A stretch of DNA of 64,000 nt from an uncultured cyanobacterium (GCA_963740315.1 CAVUDP010000003.1:64001-128000); one strand, 5' to 3'; shown: positions 32,527 to 43,378, numbered from the stretch's first letter. Made by a program: numbers and translations. The notes: a model not told the origin generated them from the sequence alone.

Positions 32527-32781
32527 TTATTTAATCATTGGTACAGCATCTGTATTCCTGTACCTCCCGCTTGTTTTATCTGGTTTTAGCTGCTTTATTA
32601 AATAAATAATTCTGGTATACTCACAATTTTGATTACTTAGCCTAAATTGCCCGCGATCTAAATTACATTCACCCATAAACAAATACTCCAATTCCGATGC
32701 TGCTAATTCCCAACTGGCTCGGCAGTTGGAAATACATGAGGAAATGGAGTAGGTCGCGGTAAATATCACAGAAAATTTCAC
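32527..32781 (-). CDS. Putative leader ORF (84 aa) of the HNH operon
   Basis: GTG start ~15 nt after the predicted TSS; stop 25 nt before the terminator; covers an antiterminator strand. Confidence 0.4.
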   Translation of the reverse strand: MKFSVIFTATYSISSCISNCRASWELAASELEYLFMGECNLDRGQFRLSNQNCEYTRIIYLIKQLKPDKTSGRYRNTDAVPMIK

Positions 32782-32784
32782 CTG

Positions 32785-32830
32785 TTGAACATTTCTATAA
32801 ACATACTACACTTGTATTACTATCCTGTCT
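32785..32830. promoter_or_regulatory. Divergent overlapping promoters with operator ATACTACA-CT-TGTATTAC
   Basis: Minus: TAGACA-N17-TAGTAT; plus: TTGAAC-N16-TACACT; operator units at 32803-32820. Confidence 0.65.
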
Positions 32831-32851
32831 ATACTTTTAAGGAGAAAAATC

Positions 32852-33187
32852 ATGCATACGATCGCTCGCACGCCTACCACCGAGATGGAAGTGACCAGTA
32901 TCCGCTTGGAGCGGGAGCTAAAGGATAAGCTAAAGGAACTATCAGGGAATCAAGGATATCAAGCGTTAATTAGAGATATTTTGTGGAATTATGTCCAGCA
33001 AAAATCGGGTGAGTGGAAGCCGCGATTTTCGCGTGCTGATATTCGAGCAAGTATAGCGGCTACATCCCAGCAAGAAGAACGCTGCGTACTTACAGGTCAA
33101 GTAATTCAAGCCGAACAACCCATGCTGCTAGGACTTACAAAAACTGGGGATATGGTTCCTTTAAGTATAGAGAGTTTAGCTGGCTAA
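32852..33187 (+). CDS. trcR: Ribbon-helix-helix repressor, TrcR (All0854)-like
   Basis: EVTSIRLERELKDKLKELSG.QGYQALIRDILWNYV RHH; strong AGGAG SD; divergent from HNH/alr0857-like genes as recalled for Anabaena all0854/alr0856-57. Confidence 0.7.
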   Translation: MHTIARTPTTEMEVTSIRLERELKDKLKELSGNQGYQALIRDILWNYVQQKSGEWKPRFSRADIRASIAATSQQEERCVLTGQVIQAEQPMLLGLTKTGDMVPLSIESLAG

Positions 33188-33203
33188 TTTTTTTTCAACC
33201 AAT

Positions 33204-33242
33204 GCAGCCCAATGATTACATTTCGAGTAATCATTGGGCTGC
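33204..33242 (+). terminator. Hairpin downstream of trcR
   Basis: GCAGCCCAATGATTAC..GTAATCATTGGGCTGC perfect 16-bp stem. Confidence 0.65.
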
Positions 33243-33957
33243 CTTATTGATATTAAAATAGTTATTTAAATATTTAATCTAAAAAACAAGAAAGAGATAT
33301 CTGATGAATTCCATGGCATATGTTTATTCAAAAGGTATATGTGCCTCAAAAAGCCTTTTTACAAGGATTTGATGATTTATAGGGGGTGTGACAATACTTG
33401 ACATATACAAACCTTGAGCCTAATAAATAAGTGACCGTTAAGAACAGGAGTACAAAATAAGCGTTCGATTAGCGCTCAAAAAAAGTTAAACTACCCTCTC
33501 AGCTGTTTTCGTTTTTTCAACTTGACCTTAAATAAAACAATATTTTTTGTTCTGACCGATAGACAATATTTTTCTCTCAAAGCACTTTTGACAGGAACAA
33601 ATAGTACTATTGTAATTCTTCTCCTCAGTGGGAATGCGGATGATATTTACAGACTTCTTGGCTTTACTCTAGAGAAAATACGGTTTATCTGGAGTTGTAG
33701 AGAGGATATTCTAGGTCTGAGAAAAGTAAAAAAGCTTGCGATTTCTGCCAAGGCTGACATTAAGTGTAAGAAGCATTTCAGTATACTAATAATATTTTTT
33801 ACCCGCAGTTTGCTTGCAGATAGATTTTTATATACCAGTAACACAAGTCATTTTAGATAGAAAGGGGCTATAACAGGTGAAAGAATTTATTTATAGAACT
33901 GAAATTGGTTCATCAGGGTGCAGTTACAGAAAAGCAGGTAAATAAAGTACCAGGAGG

Positions 33958-36024
33958 TTGGGTAAAACGACAATGGGGTCATTATCCAAGAGTGTGCCAC
34001 AAATGAAAAAGCGTATAATAACATCGCCGCCGCAGCGCCGGGATGAACAAGAAGACCTAGAAAAGTACCATTTTATGCTGATGCAGCATTCTGTTACACC
34101 CGCCCATCGGTTGGTATACGAAATCAATCAAATTATTGCTTCTAATAGCACACCTCCCGATAGGATGCTGCAAGAAATTGCTCGGCTAGTAGGAAGTGCC
34201 TTTGAAGTTGATTACTGCTTTTTGGTAACAGGTTCTAAAGGAGAGACAACTAATGCTAATTGGCGTGCCCAAGACGATTATCTCGGTTTACCCAACCAAA
34301 CCGAAGCGTACTCAATCGAACAATTAGAATTGCCAGTGGTAGAGTGTGCTGCCGAACCGTTTACTATTGAGGACATTTCTACAATTCAGGAAAGTTTGAC
34401 AATTGGATGTCAAAATTTTCCTTTACCAATAAAAGCCGTATTAGCAATTCCGACTCGGTTTGGCGGTAGCAATAATGGCGTAATTAGTCTGATCAGATGC
34501 GAGCCGTATGAGTGGAGTGATTCAGAAAAGGAATTATTAAGGGCTGTAGAAGCTTGCTGTGCTATTGCTTTTGCTCAAGTAGCACAAGCACGGATAATTT
34601 CTTCGCAAAAACAGCAGGTGCAAAAAAGCGAACAGCACCAAAGCTTGATCCAGCAATTAACCATACTCAACCGCAGCAACCTAGAATTTACCCAAATGCT
34701 TCAGTTGGTGGTTTCGTCCACAGCAGAGGCTTTAGGGGCAGACCGTGGTTTATTAATACTATTAAAATATTCAGACCCTTTATTTAGAATTCGTGCAAAA
34801 ACACAAATTCCTAAAGCTAAAGCTACCGTTGTTAGCGAATGGTGTAGGGAGGATTCTTCGCTTTGCGATGAGTTGGAATCGTTAGAAGAGTCTTTTTGGC
34901 TTGGAGATTGCGGTATATGCCAGCGTGCCTTCAAAGCGTCTAAACCCATAACCATTAATGACAACTCAGACAGGCGTAAGGACACTTCTACAATTGCTCC
35001 GGTGTTTGTCTTGGATAAGTTACCAGCAGCGCTGCTAATGCCTTTAGAAAGTCAAGGTAAAGTATTAGGATTTCTAGTGCTACAGCAAAGGCAACGTCGC
35101 AATTGGCAGCAAGCTGAATTAAATATTGTAGAAATGGTTTGCGCTCAAATCAGCAATGCGATTATTCAGACACAAACCCTCAAACAAGTACAAACTCTTG
35201 TAGACGAACGTACTGCTCAGCTACAAAGGAGTTTGGAAGTTCAAGCTAAGCTATACGAGAGAACGCGACAATACGTCCAGCAGTTACGCGAACTTAACGA
35301 ACTCAAAGATGAGTTTTTAAGCAACATGAGCGATCGCTTGCGCTATCCTTTAACCAATATGCGTATGGCGCTGCGTAATTTACGCCATCCCAACATCCAA
35401 CCGGATCGTCAAGCAAAGTATTTAGATATTCTGGAGCAGGAATGTACTAAGGAAATTAATTTGATTAATGACTTACTCACGCTCCAAAAACTGGAAACCC
35501 ATCAAGAACGCCCGCAGTTTGAAACAATTGATTTAAACACCAAAATTCAAGATATAGCAGCATCTTTTGAAACCAAACTCGCACAGAAAGGATTAAATAT
35601 TTCTGTTTGTTTACCGGATGAATCGCTCAAGCTGCAAACTGAAATAGAAAGTTTTGACCGCATCCTCCAAGAATTGCTCACAAATACCTGTAAGTACTCC
35701 GAACATGATAGTTGTGTAGAACTGCGAGTTTCCCAGATTTGCAAAACAGAAGCGAATCAAATACAGATTCAGGTAGTCAACGTTGGACGTGGTATATCTG
35801 AAGAGGAAGCTACATTTATATTTGACAAATTCCGTCGAGGTAAAGGTCGGTGGACTCCAGGTACTGGTTTAGGATTAGCTTTGGTTAAGTCTTTAATACA
35901 GCATCTAAATGGAGAAATAAACGTAGAAAGTACTTCTATAGAAGATTCTGAGTTGAGCCTGATAAGATTCACTTTAACTTTACCTCAATTTTCTGATAAT
36001 AACGAAGCCTCGGAGCCTTCATGA
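33958..36024 (+). CDS. GAF-GAF sensor histidine-kinase-like protein (H-box His absent)
   Basis: Two GAF domains, LKDEFLSNMSDRLRYPL, HATPase IFDKFRRG..GTGLGL; start codon uncertain. Confidence 0.85.
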   Translation: MGKTTMGSLSKSVPQMKKRIITSPPQRRDEQEDLEKYHFMLMQHSVTPAHRLVYEINQIIASNSTPPDRMLQEIARLVGSAFEVDYCFLVTGSKGETTNANWRAQDDYLGLPNQTEAYSIEQLELPVVECAAEPFTIEDISTIQESLTIGCQNFPLPIKAVLAIPTRFGGSNNGVISLIRCEPYEWSDSEKELLRAVEACCAIAFAQVAQARIISSQKQQVQKSEQHQSLIQQLTILNRSNLEFTQMLQLVVSSTAEALGADRGLLILLKYSDPLFRIRAKTQIPKAKATVVSEWCREDSSLCDELESLEESFWLGDCGICQRAFKASKPITINDNSDRRKDTSTIAPVFVLDKLPAALLMPLESQGKVLGFLVLQQRQRRNWQQAELNIVEMVCAQISNAIIQTQTLKQVQTLVDERTAQLQRSLEVQAKLYERTRQYVQQLRELNELKDEFLSNMSDRLRYPLTNMRMALRNLRHPNIQPDRQAKYLDILEQECTKEINLINDLLTLQKLETHQERPQFETIDLNTKIQDIAASFETKLAQKGLNISVCLPDESLKLQTEIESFDRILQELLTNTCKYSEHDSCVELRVSQICKTEANQIQIQVVNVGRGISEEEATFIFDKFRRGKGRWTPGTGLGLALVKSLIQHLNGEINVESTSIEDSELSLIRFTLTLPQFSDNNEASEPS

Positions 36025-36581
36025 TTAAAGAAAAAAACTCACAATCCGATTCAAACCCCGAAGGGAATATTACAAATCCGAATTTACAAGCCGTAAGCGT
36101 CGAAGTTGAGAAAATCACAGAACGTCAACGAAAGATTGCGGCTAAAATTCAAATTCCTCATCCGGTAGAAAAAGTTTGGCAAGTATTAACCGATTATCAA
36201 GCTTTAGCTGATTTTGTTCCCAGTCTTGCTTCTTCTAAGAAGTTAGAGCATCCTAATGGAGGCATTCGCTTGGAACAAATCGGTTCTCAACGTTTGTTGC
36301 GGTTAAATTTTTCTGCGCGGGTAGTTCTGGATTTAGAAGAATCTTTTCCGAATCTAATTAATTTCCAAATGGTAGAGGGAGATTTTAAAGATTTCTCCGG
36401 TAGCTGGCGTTTGGATAGCTGTGCCTTGGATGATAAGACGGGGACTTTACTTTGCTATACGGTAAAAGTATGGCCTAAACTAACCATGCCGATAAGAATC
36501 ATTGAACCTCGTCTTTCTCAAGATATGCAATCGAATCTTTTAGCCGTTCGTCAGCGTGTAGAAGAGTTAACCGATCGATAA
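36021..36581 (+). CDS. SRPBCC/polyketide cyclase family protein
   Basis: VWQVLTDY..LADFVPSL..S; F.MVEGDFK.FSG.W. Confidence 0.85.
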   Translation: MIKEKNSQSDSNPEGNITNPNLQAVSVEVEKITERQRKIAAKIQIPHPVEKVWQVLTDYQALADFVPSLASSKKLEHPNGGIRLEQIGSQRLLRLNFSARVVLDLEESFPNLINFQMVEGDFKDFSGSWRLDSCALDDKTGTLLCYTVKVWPKLTMPIRIIEPRLSQDMQSNLLAVRQRVEELTDR

Positions 36582-36614
36582 AAAAAGGTAGATTTTCAAA
36601 AATCTACCTTTTTT
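36581..36614. terminator. Bidirectional terminator
   Basis: AAAAAAGGTAGATTT..AAATCTACCTTTTTT between convergent SRPBCC gene and tRNA-Glu. Confidence 0.7.
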
Positions 36615-36638
36615 ATTTAATGAATTAAAAAATTAAAG

Positions 36639-36711
36639 TACCCCCAAGGGAATTCGAATCCCTGTCGCCTCCGTGAAAGGGAGGTGTCCTAGGCCTCTAG
36701 ACGATGGGGGC
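36639..36711 (-). tRNA. trnE: tRNA-Glu(TTC)
   Basis: GCCCCCATCGTCTAGAGGCCTAGGACA CCTCC-CTTTCAC-GGAGG...GATTCGAATTCCCTTGGGGGTA. Confidence 0.96.
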
Positions 36712-37075
36712 TTGTGTTTTTCACTTTTATAAATTTAACGATTTTCTGGGAAATTGTCAATAGCTTCCACAAAAAAAGATTATTGATGACTAATTAGTCC
36801 CCGATGTTGGGAACAGCAGGTTAAAGTGGTTGAAAGTAAATAAAAAAGGGGCTATGGTTTTTAAACAACTTTGCTATACTTCTGGCGAACCTTCTTCACT
36901 GAAGCCTCGCCTCGGCGCTGTTGTACAAAAACTTAAAAAATGCTGTATTATAACCAACTTAGGAAAAAATTATCAATTTCACAAAAAATGAGGGGTACGA
37001 ACCTTTCATCAATTGCATTTAATGTTTACTATTCTTAATAAAAGATTTTGAAATACACGGCTCAAAATCTCCAAT

Positions 37076-38995
37076 ATGGAAGCATCTTTTGACATCACCC
37101 TACAAATGGTGATTGCTGTCGTTGCAGGCATCAGTGCCCAAGTGCTGGCTGCCTACATTAAAGTGCCTAGCATTGTTTTTTTATTGCTATTTGGTATCTT
37201 TTTTGGGTCGGATGGCATTGGGTTACTACATCCCCATTTGTTAGGCGTAGGATTGGAAGTAATTGTTGCTCTAGCAACGGCAATAATTTTGTTTGAGGGC
37301 GGATTAGACTTAGAATTGCGAGAATTAGGCAGAGTTTCTACCAGCCTGCAATTGCTCGTAACTTTAGGAACCTTAATTACATTAATAGGCGGAAGTATGG
37401 CGGCTCATTGGCTGGGAGAGTTTCCTTGGCCAATTGCCGTTCTGTACGCTTCGATTGTGGTGGTAACGGGTCCAACAGTTATTACTCCCCTACTTAAACA
37501 AATTAAAGTAGACCGACAAGTATCAACGATTTTGGAAGGTGAAGGGATCTTAATCGATCCTGTAGGAGCAATACTCGCTGTTGTAGTTCTCGATACTATT
37601 TTGAATGGCGATGCCGATCCAATAAACGCCTTCGCAGGTTTGTTGATCCGATTGGGTATTGGTGCAGCAATCGGTGGAGCGGGTGGCTGGCTGCTGAGCC
37701 TATTTTTCAAGCGAGCCAATATTTTGTCTTTTGAACTGAAAAATCTGGTAGTGCTGGCTTCTGTATGGGGTTTGTTTACATTGGCACAGATGATTCGCAG
37801 CGAATCGGGGCTAATGACAACTGTAATGGCAGGAGCAGTATTTGCTAATTCATCCGTACCCGAAGAACGCTTGTTACGCCATTTTAAAGGTCAGCTAACG
37901 ATTCTTTGTATCTCGGTATTATTTATCTTGTTAGCGGCTGACTTATCTATAGCCAGCGTATTTGCTTTGGGCTGGGGTAGTTTATTCACGGTGCTGGCGC
38001 TAATGTTTGTAGTGCGACCGATTAATATTCTTTTATGTACCTGGAACAGCGACCTTAACTGGAGACAAAAACTGTTTTTAAGCTGGGTTGCACCTAGAGG
38101 TATTGTTTCGGCATCGGTTGCTTCATTATTCGGTATTTTGCTTACCGAGCGCGGTATCAATGGTGGTGATGCTATCAAAGCACTGGTCTTTCTGACAATT
38201 TTGATGACAGTCTTCTGTCAGGGTTTGACTGCGGGCTGGGTTGCTAAATTACTAAGAATTACCTTAAAACAAGCAACGGGAGCGGTAATTGTTGGCTGCA
38301 ATCCTTTAAGTTTATTGATTGCCCGCTTCTTCCAAGAACGCGGTGAAACTGTAGTCATGATTGATACAGACCCAGAAGCAAGTCAGGAAGCACAAGCACA
38401 AAATTTACGGGTTTTAACTAGCAGTGCTTTAGATGCCAATGTCTTAGAAGAAGCCGGACTTGATTCTGTAGGTACTTTTCTGGCTATGACTAAAAACGGT
38501 GAGGTAAACTTCGTTTTGGCTCAACGCGCCGCCGAAGAATTCGATCCACCGCGTGTGTTAGCAGTATTTCCCCGCGATCCTCAAGCCAGTACCAAAAATA
38601 AAAGTAAAGTTTTACAAGCTTTTCTTCCCGACTTCAAAATCAAAACTTGGAACCAACATCTCAACGACGAACAAATCAAACTAGGAACTATGACTTTAAA
38701 AGATCCTGGTTTTTCCCTACAGAAAATTCAGTTACAAGCATTAATCCGGACTGGAGATTTACTGCCGCTATTTGTTGAAAGAGACGATAAAATCAACGTT
38801 ATGGCTGCCAGTGAAACTTGGCAAATTGGCGATCGCCTAATTTACTTGCTGCACGATCCCAGACCGGATCTGCTTAAACGCTTGTCTGGTGGAAACCAAT
38901 CTACTCGTCTTTCCTTAGAAAATTTACCGGAAGTAGAAGAAATTCCCATCGGCAAGTTATCTCAACTTTCAGCTACTGATGCACCAACACCTTGA
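37076..38995 (+). CDS. CPA1 cation:proton antiporter with C-terminal TrkA-N domain
   Basis: IILFEGGL, TGPTV, EG.LIDPVG, APRGIV, then a Rossmann-like domain. Confidence 0.88.
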   Translation: MEASFDITLQMVIAVVAGISAQVLAAYIKVPSIVFLLLFGIFFGSDGIGLLHPHLLGVGLEVIVALATAIILFEGGLDLELRELGRVSTSLQLLVTLGTLITLIGGSMAAHWLGEFPWPIAVLYASIVVVTGPTVITPLLKQIKVDRQVSTILEGEGILIDPVGAILAVVVLDTILNGDADPINAFAGLLIRLGIGAAIGGAGGWLLSLFFKRANILSFELKNLVVLASVWGLFTLAQMIRSESGLMTTVMAGAVFANSSVPEERLLRHFKGQLTILCISVLFILLAADLSIASVFALGWGSLFTVLALMFVVRPINILLCTWNSDLNWRQKLFLSWVAPRGIVSASVASLFGILLTERGINGGDAIKALVFLTILMTVFCQGLTAGWVAKLLRITLKQATGAVIVGCNPLSLLIARFFQERGETVVMIDTDPEASQEAQAQNLRVLTSSALDANVLEEAGLDSVGTFLAMTKNGEVNFVLAQRAAEEFDPPRVLAVFPRDPQASTKNKSKVLQAFLPDFKIKTWNQHLNDEQIKLGTMTLKDPGFSLQKIQLQALIRTGDLLPLFVERDDKINVMAASETWQIGDRLIYLLHDPRPDLLKRLSGGNQSTRLSLENLPEVEEIPIGKLSQLSATDAPTP

Positions 38996-39603
38996 ACCAA
39001 TTCTTCTGGCGTGCCGATCTGTTTTTCAACCCATAGCACGCTAAATAAATGCACTACTGACAAAATTATCGCAGCAGTCGAGAGAATATAGCTGTGTATG
39101 GTATAAAGACGCTGAACGGTCAAAGTACTGACACCACTACCACCAGTCAAAATTTCTCTTAACTGCTGACCGATAAAAGGAATTGCTTCAATGGTTCCCA
39201 ACTCAATATTAAAGCGCCAGAATCCAACTTGATCCCAACCCAAAATCATTGATGTCCAACTCAATCCGATTACAGATAGGGTCAAGAATATTCCACTTAC
39301 CCAGGCTGTATACCAACTTTTCGTAAATTTTCTGCCTAAAAACATCACTACAATTTGAATCAAGGCAGCAATAATTACTCCATTACCAGCAATCTGATGA
39401 GCTTTACGGAATAACCACCCGTATTGAATTTGCTCGGTTATCATCTTTAATGACTGATAAGCCCTGCCAGAAGCAGGTTCATAGTAAATAGAAAGTAGAA
39501 TACCCGTACTAGCAGCAACTAAGCTAAAAGTAATAATTACTACCGATAAAATCGTTGCCGTCCGCCGCATAACCATGTCAAATCGGCTTTCTTGCATAAT
39601 CAT
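38962..39603 (-). CDS. Cytochrome b6 N-terminal-like paralog
   Basis: TG.LL..YYEP, GWLFR..H, W.SG, WDQ.GFW, AIPFIG..L..IL.GG, RLY..H. Confidence 0.8.
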   Translation of the reverse strand: MIMQESRFDMVMRRTATILSVVIITFSLVAASTGILLSIYYEPASGRAYQSLKMITEQIQYGWLFRKAHQIAGNGVIIAALIQIVVMFLGRKFTKSWYTAWVSGIFLTLSVIGLSWTSMILGWDQVGFWRFNIELGTIEAIPFIGQQLREILTGGSGVSTLTVQRLYTIHSYILSTAAIILSVVHLFSVLWVEKQIGTPEELVQGVGASVAES

Positions 39604-39685
39604 AAAATCTTCTTTCCTTAGAAAATCCCTATTTTTATTACGATTTTAACTAAGAAATATTAATTATTGTTGAAAAAATATACAA

Positions 39686-40405
39686 TTATGATAAGTATTG
39701 CGCCCAAATTGATAAAGATTTTTGCGAACCATACCAAACTTTAGAAGTTCTAGGAGAATGCATTACGCCTTCAATAACTAAATTCTTCGCGCCTTCGAGG
39801 TGAGCGGCTTCGATAGGTGTAATTCCGTCTCCCCAAGTGTTACCTTCGCCACAAGTTAATTTATAACTACTGTAAGCCAGCCAGTTTCCAAATTTTCTTT
39901 TACCAAAAATGGTTTTTCCAGCAACACAGACGTAATCAACATGAAGATGAAATGCGCCGGGATAATTATGATTGACAAAATCCAAATTCGAGCGTGTCCA
40001 ACGCTCCTTACTAGTATGAGGGGTACCCAACGTTATAAGAGTGGCAACTTTTGGGTGAGCTTGCCACGTCAATAAATTTAGGTTGCTGCCATAAGCAACT
40101 TCACCTAAATAAATACGCGATATCCAACCTCCTGCGGAATGACCGATTAAATTTACTTGAGAAGCACCAAATTGTTGCAATGTTCGCTTTACCGTACAGT
40201 CTAATTGTTGCAAAATCGGAGTTACTGGTCTTCCTCCTAAAGCTGCTATCCAGTCTCGTCGTTGTAGCGGTACCGTGACTGTAGGAAAACCTAAATTTTG
40301 CAATGATTTTTCTAAACCATAGTAAGCTTCGGCGCTTTCAAAGAATCCAGGTAAAATAACTGTAGGTAGGGACATTTGTGTTACTCGGCTAGCAGGATTT
40401 AACAA
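39686..40405 (-). CDS. Alpha/beta hydrolase (lipase/PGAP1-like); likely start MSLPTV
   Basis: GHSAGG nucleophile elbow, TLGTPH, WGDGITP. Confidence 0.85.
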   Translation of the reverse strand: MLNPASRVTQMSLPTVILPGFFESAEAYYGLEKSLQNLGFPTVTVPLQRRDWIAALGGRPVTPILQQLDCTVKRTLQQFGASQVNLIGHSAGGWISRIYLGEVAYGSNLNLLTWQAHPKVATLITLGTPHTSKERWTRSNLDFVNHNYPGAFHLHVDYVCVAGKTIFGKRKFGNWLAYSSYKLTCGEGNTWGDGITPIEAAHLEGAKNLVIEGVMHSPRTSKVWYGSQKSLSIWAQYLS

Positions 40406-41055
40406 TTGAGACTTGCCAAAAAAAATCGCTTAGGTTTAACTTATACGTAAGTAAATTTTAGATTAGTATTATGTAAGCATTACTAATGGATGAAGATAAC
40501 CTATAATTGATGATTGTCTGTGCCTTACTGCTTAAAGTTCTGCGAGTGAGAGTTGTCAAATTCTTCCTTTTTGGCTGAAAATTAGCAAATTAATCCCGCT
40601 CCCATGCTTCGATTATGAAGATGCGATCGGAACAAAAGTAAGTAAACTCTATATCGGCGATAAAAACTAAACATAAAAAACCAAAAATGTCCGGAAGTCG
40701 GTGTTGAAATTGTAAAAAAAAAGATATATAAACCTTAACTAGGGTTAGTATATTTACTCAATTAACCTATTAGCGTCAAATTAACAAATCGAGTTTTAAA
40801 AGTAATGATTTGCCCCAGTGCTACCGACATTTACATAACTTCTGATTAGGATCGGTTCCAATTTGGTTTCAATTTAAATATACGCCCGCGAATAACCGCT
40901 CGTAGAACTGGCAATTTTAACCTAGATAAGTTTTGCAACAAGAAGTTATTATTTTTAGAGGGACGCATCTGAAGGGCTACTTTAATCAAATTATTATTGC
41001 CTGATAATAAAAATTGCTAGTCAACCGCAACCAAGCTAAGTGAGCGATAACAGCT

Positions 41056-42747
41056 ATGTCTTACGTCTCAATACTCAAAAACATACCCGAATTCTTAAGC
41101 CAACCAGCCGGAATAGCAGCCATAGCATCCGTCGGCATACATGGTGCTATTGCTTTTATTCTGCCTTTGATGCCTGTTGACTCCACCAAATCAAACCAAA
41201 CAACATCTCCGGCAAGTGTCGGAATAATGGAATTATCTCAGGCAGAACAAAACAGATTACCTCAGAACAAAAGTCCTCAAATTTCCGCCTTACCCCAAAT
41301 TCCGTTACAGCCGACAGTTCCTTTACCGAACTTTGGGAGCTTACCTACTCCATTACCTCAACTACCACCGAATCCCGATTCCACAAAGGTGATATTACCG
41401 CCTTTGCCGAGAGCATCAGCTAATCCCAGTATCTCGTCTTTACCCGTACTTCCTCAACCGAGTTTCAACTCTTCGTTTAATGCCAAAGCGTCATCTAGCG
41501 GGTCATATCGTCGTTTTAATCAGAAAATCAATTTGGGACAACCCGCACCATTAGTATCTAGAAGAAGCGCACCGAGAAGACAAACATCTTCTCCTGTAGC
41601 TAACATACCTTCAATACAGGCGGAACCAATACCTCCGGAACTTACTAGAGTTCCACCACCACCACCTCTTCCGCCGATGACAGATCCGGGTTTAGGTATA
41701 GGTAATAGTGTAGCGATCGGTAACAGAGTTCCTGTAAATCTACCAAGAGTAGTTAATCCCAAAGATTTTGTTGCGCCTACTAGCAGAAATATTCCGAAAC
41801 CGGGCGATAAATTAACCTTTGCAGGGCAAAGTTTACAGCAATGGGGAAATCAGTCATCTGGCAACAGAAGAATTGAACTACCAAATCAACAGCCATCCAA
41901 TGGAAATATAATAACAGCGCCTCAGAATACAAGTACTTTAACTCTGGCAAAACAGTTTGAGGAAGTTAGGGGACGTTATTCCAACTTAGAAACTAAAGAA
42001 CCGATTTCCGATGTAGTTAGAAGTAAAAAAGGACAAGAAGGTAAAACTGAAGGTACTTTAGTCATTGATGCTGACGGAAAAGCTGATTATTTAAAATTCG
42101 TTGATAGATCGGTTTCTTCCGATCTGAAAAAAGCAACTAGAGATTATTTCAGAAACTATTTCAAGGAAAATCCCATCCGCAAAAATGGTAAAGCAAAAGT
42201 ATACGCATTTACCCTTGACTTTAAGCCTAATGTAGTCAATAGTGTTGAGTTTTCCAAGCCTCAAGAAACATTAGTTGACCGTTTGCGTTCGGCTAAAAAA
42301 GATGAAGTGCAAATAAATCAAAAACCGTCGGGTAAGAAACCTGAAAATTTATCTAGAAGTTCGGCTCCGATTAAAATTGATGCACAACCTGCTAGAAATG
42401 CAGTAGTTGTTCCGACAGTAACTTCAACAGCGCCGGTTAAACCCAAGCCGCAAGTTCAAATTAGAACCAAGCCTACATCTGGTAATAACGCTAAGCCACC
42501 ATTAGAAGTGCGACTCAGAAACAGTCAAGAAGTACCGCCCGTTCCATCAATTCCATCAATACCCAAACCCCAAGCGCGAGTTAATGTCAAAGAACCCGCA
42601 CCGCAAGCTACTTCTAAACCATCTCTTGCAAACAGGTTGAGAAATGGCAAAGACGAATCCGAAGATGATTCTAAAGAAACGAATGCTAGCAAGAAATTAA
42701 TTCAACGGTTACGTAAAATTCAAGATCGCAGAGAAAAAAATAATTAG
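41056..42747 (+). CDS. Pro-rich membrane-anchored hypothetical protein (TonB-like architecture)
   Basis: N-terminal ASVGIHG TM segment, EL...EQ.RLP, long Pro-rich region. Confidence 0.65.
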   Translation: MSYVSILKNIPEFLSQPAGIAAIASVGIHGAIAFILPLMPVDSTKSNQTTSPASVGIMELSQAEQNRLPQNKSPQISALPQIPLQPTVPLPNFGSLPTPLPQLPPNPDSTKVILPPLPRASANPSISSLPVLPQPSFNSSFNAKASSSGSYRRFNQKINLGQPAPLVSRRSAPRRQTSSPVANIPSIQAEPIPPELTRVPPPPPLPPMTDPGLGIGNSVAIGNRVPVNLPRVVNPKDFVAPTSRNIPKPGDKLTFAGQSLQQWGNQSSGNRRIELPNQQPSNGNIITAPQNTSTLTLAKQFEEVRGRYSNLETKEPISDVVRSKKGQEGKTEGTLVIDADGKADYLKFVDRSVSSDLKKATRDYFRNYFKENPIRKNGKAKVYAFTLDFKPNVVNSVEFSKPQETLVDRLRSAKKDEVQINQKPSGKKPENLSRSSAPIKIDAQPARNAVVVPTVTSTAPVKPKPQVQIRTKPTSGNNAKPPLEVRLRNSQEVPPVPSIPSIPKPQARVNVKEPAPQATSKPSLANRLRNGKDESEDDSKETNASKKLIQRLRKIQDRREKNN

Positions 42748-42958
42748 TAGTTAAGAATCATCATAATTACCGTATAGCCGATAAATGTATGGAGACTTGC
42801 GATCGCGAAGTCTCCACATTTTTTGTATTTATTTAATTTCTATTTACAAAATGCATCAAAATAGGCGGCAACCAATTTATCCTTTACATTTCCATCAAAG
42901 ATAAAATTAATCGCCGCCAAATAGTAATTGAGTGTTTTACTGCTCAATCAATGGATAA

Positions 42959-43378
42959 TTAACCTTCAACAATTACTTTGCCAACCATACCAGCACCACG
43001 GTGAGGTTCGCAGTAGAAAGTATATTCACCAGCAGGTGCATCTGCTGGAATGGTGCTTGTAAACTCTTGTCCGGGACTCATTACCAACTGCTTATGAGAC
43101 AGTTCTTTAGCTAAATCAGCACTCTTTGCAGGGTTTTGACTAGCATCAAATACAACGTTATGAGGAGGAACTTTGTTGTTCACCCATTTAATCGTGTCAC
43201 CAGGTTTAACTGATATTTTTGCTGGTTCAAACGCCAACATACCTTTATCGCTACCTAGCTTGACAGTGTATGTTTCAGCCGCAGCACTAGGTGCGAAAAC
43301 AGCAAAACTGCTGACAACTAGTAGCATAGTCAACGCAGCTAAACCTAAACGCCGTAAAGTGGACGCAATCAATTTCAT
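42959..43378 (-). CDS. petE: Plastocyanin
   Basis: Signal peptide, PHNVVF and [11 protein letters not shown]u ligands. Confidence 0.97.
   Translation of the reverse strand: MKLIASTLRRLGLAALTMLLVVSSFAVFAPSAAAETYTVKLGSDKGMLAFEPAKISVKPGDTIKWVNNKVPPHNVVFDASQNPAKSADLAKELSHKQLVMSPGQEFTSTIPADAPAGEYTFYCEPHRGAGMVGKVIVEG

Noticed and set aside
32540..32572. GGGAGGTAC in the HNH leader as a T-box
   Set aside because: No UGGN bulge and no recognisable Stem I specifier elements.
33522..33860. 112-aa ORF and antisense 65-aa ORF upstream of the kinase
   Set aside because: TTG starts, no motifs, AT-rich; probably promoter or UTR sequence.
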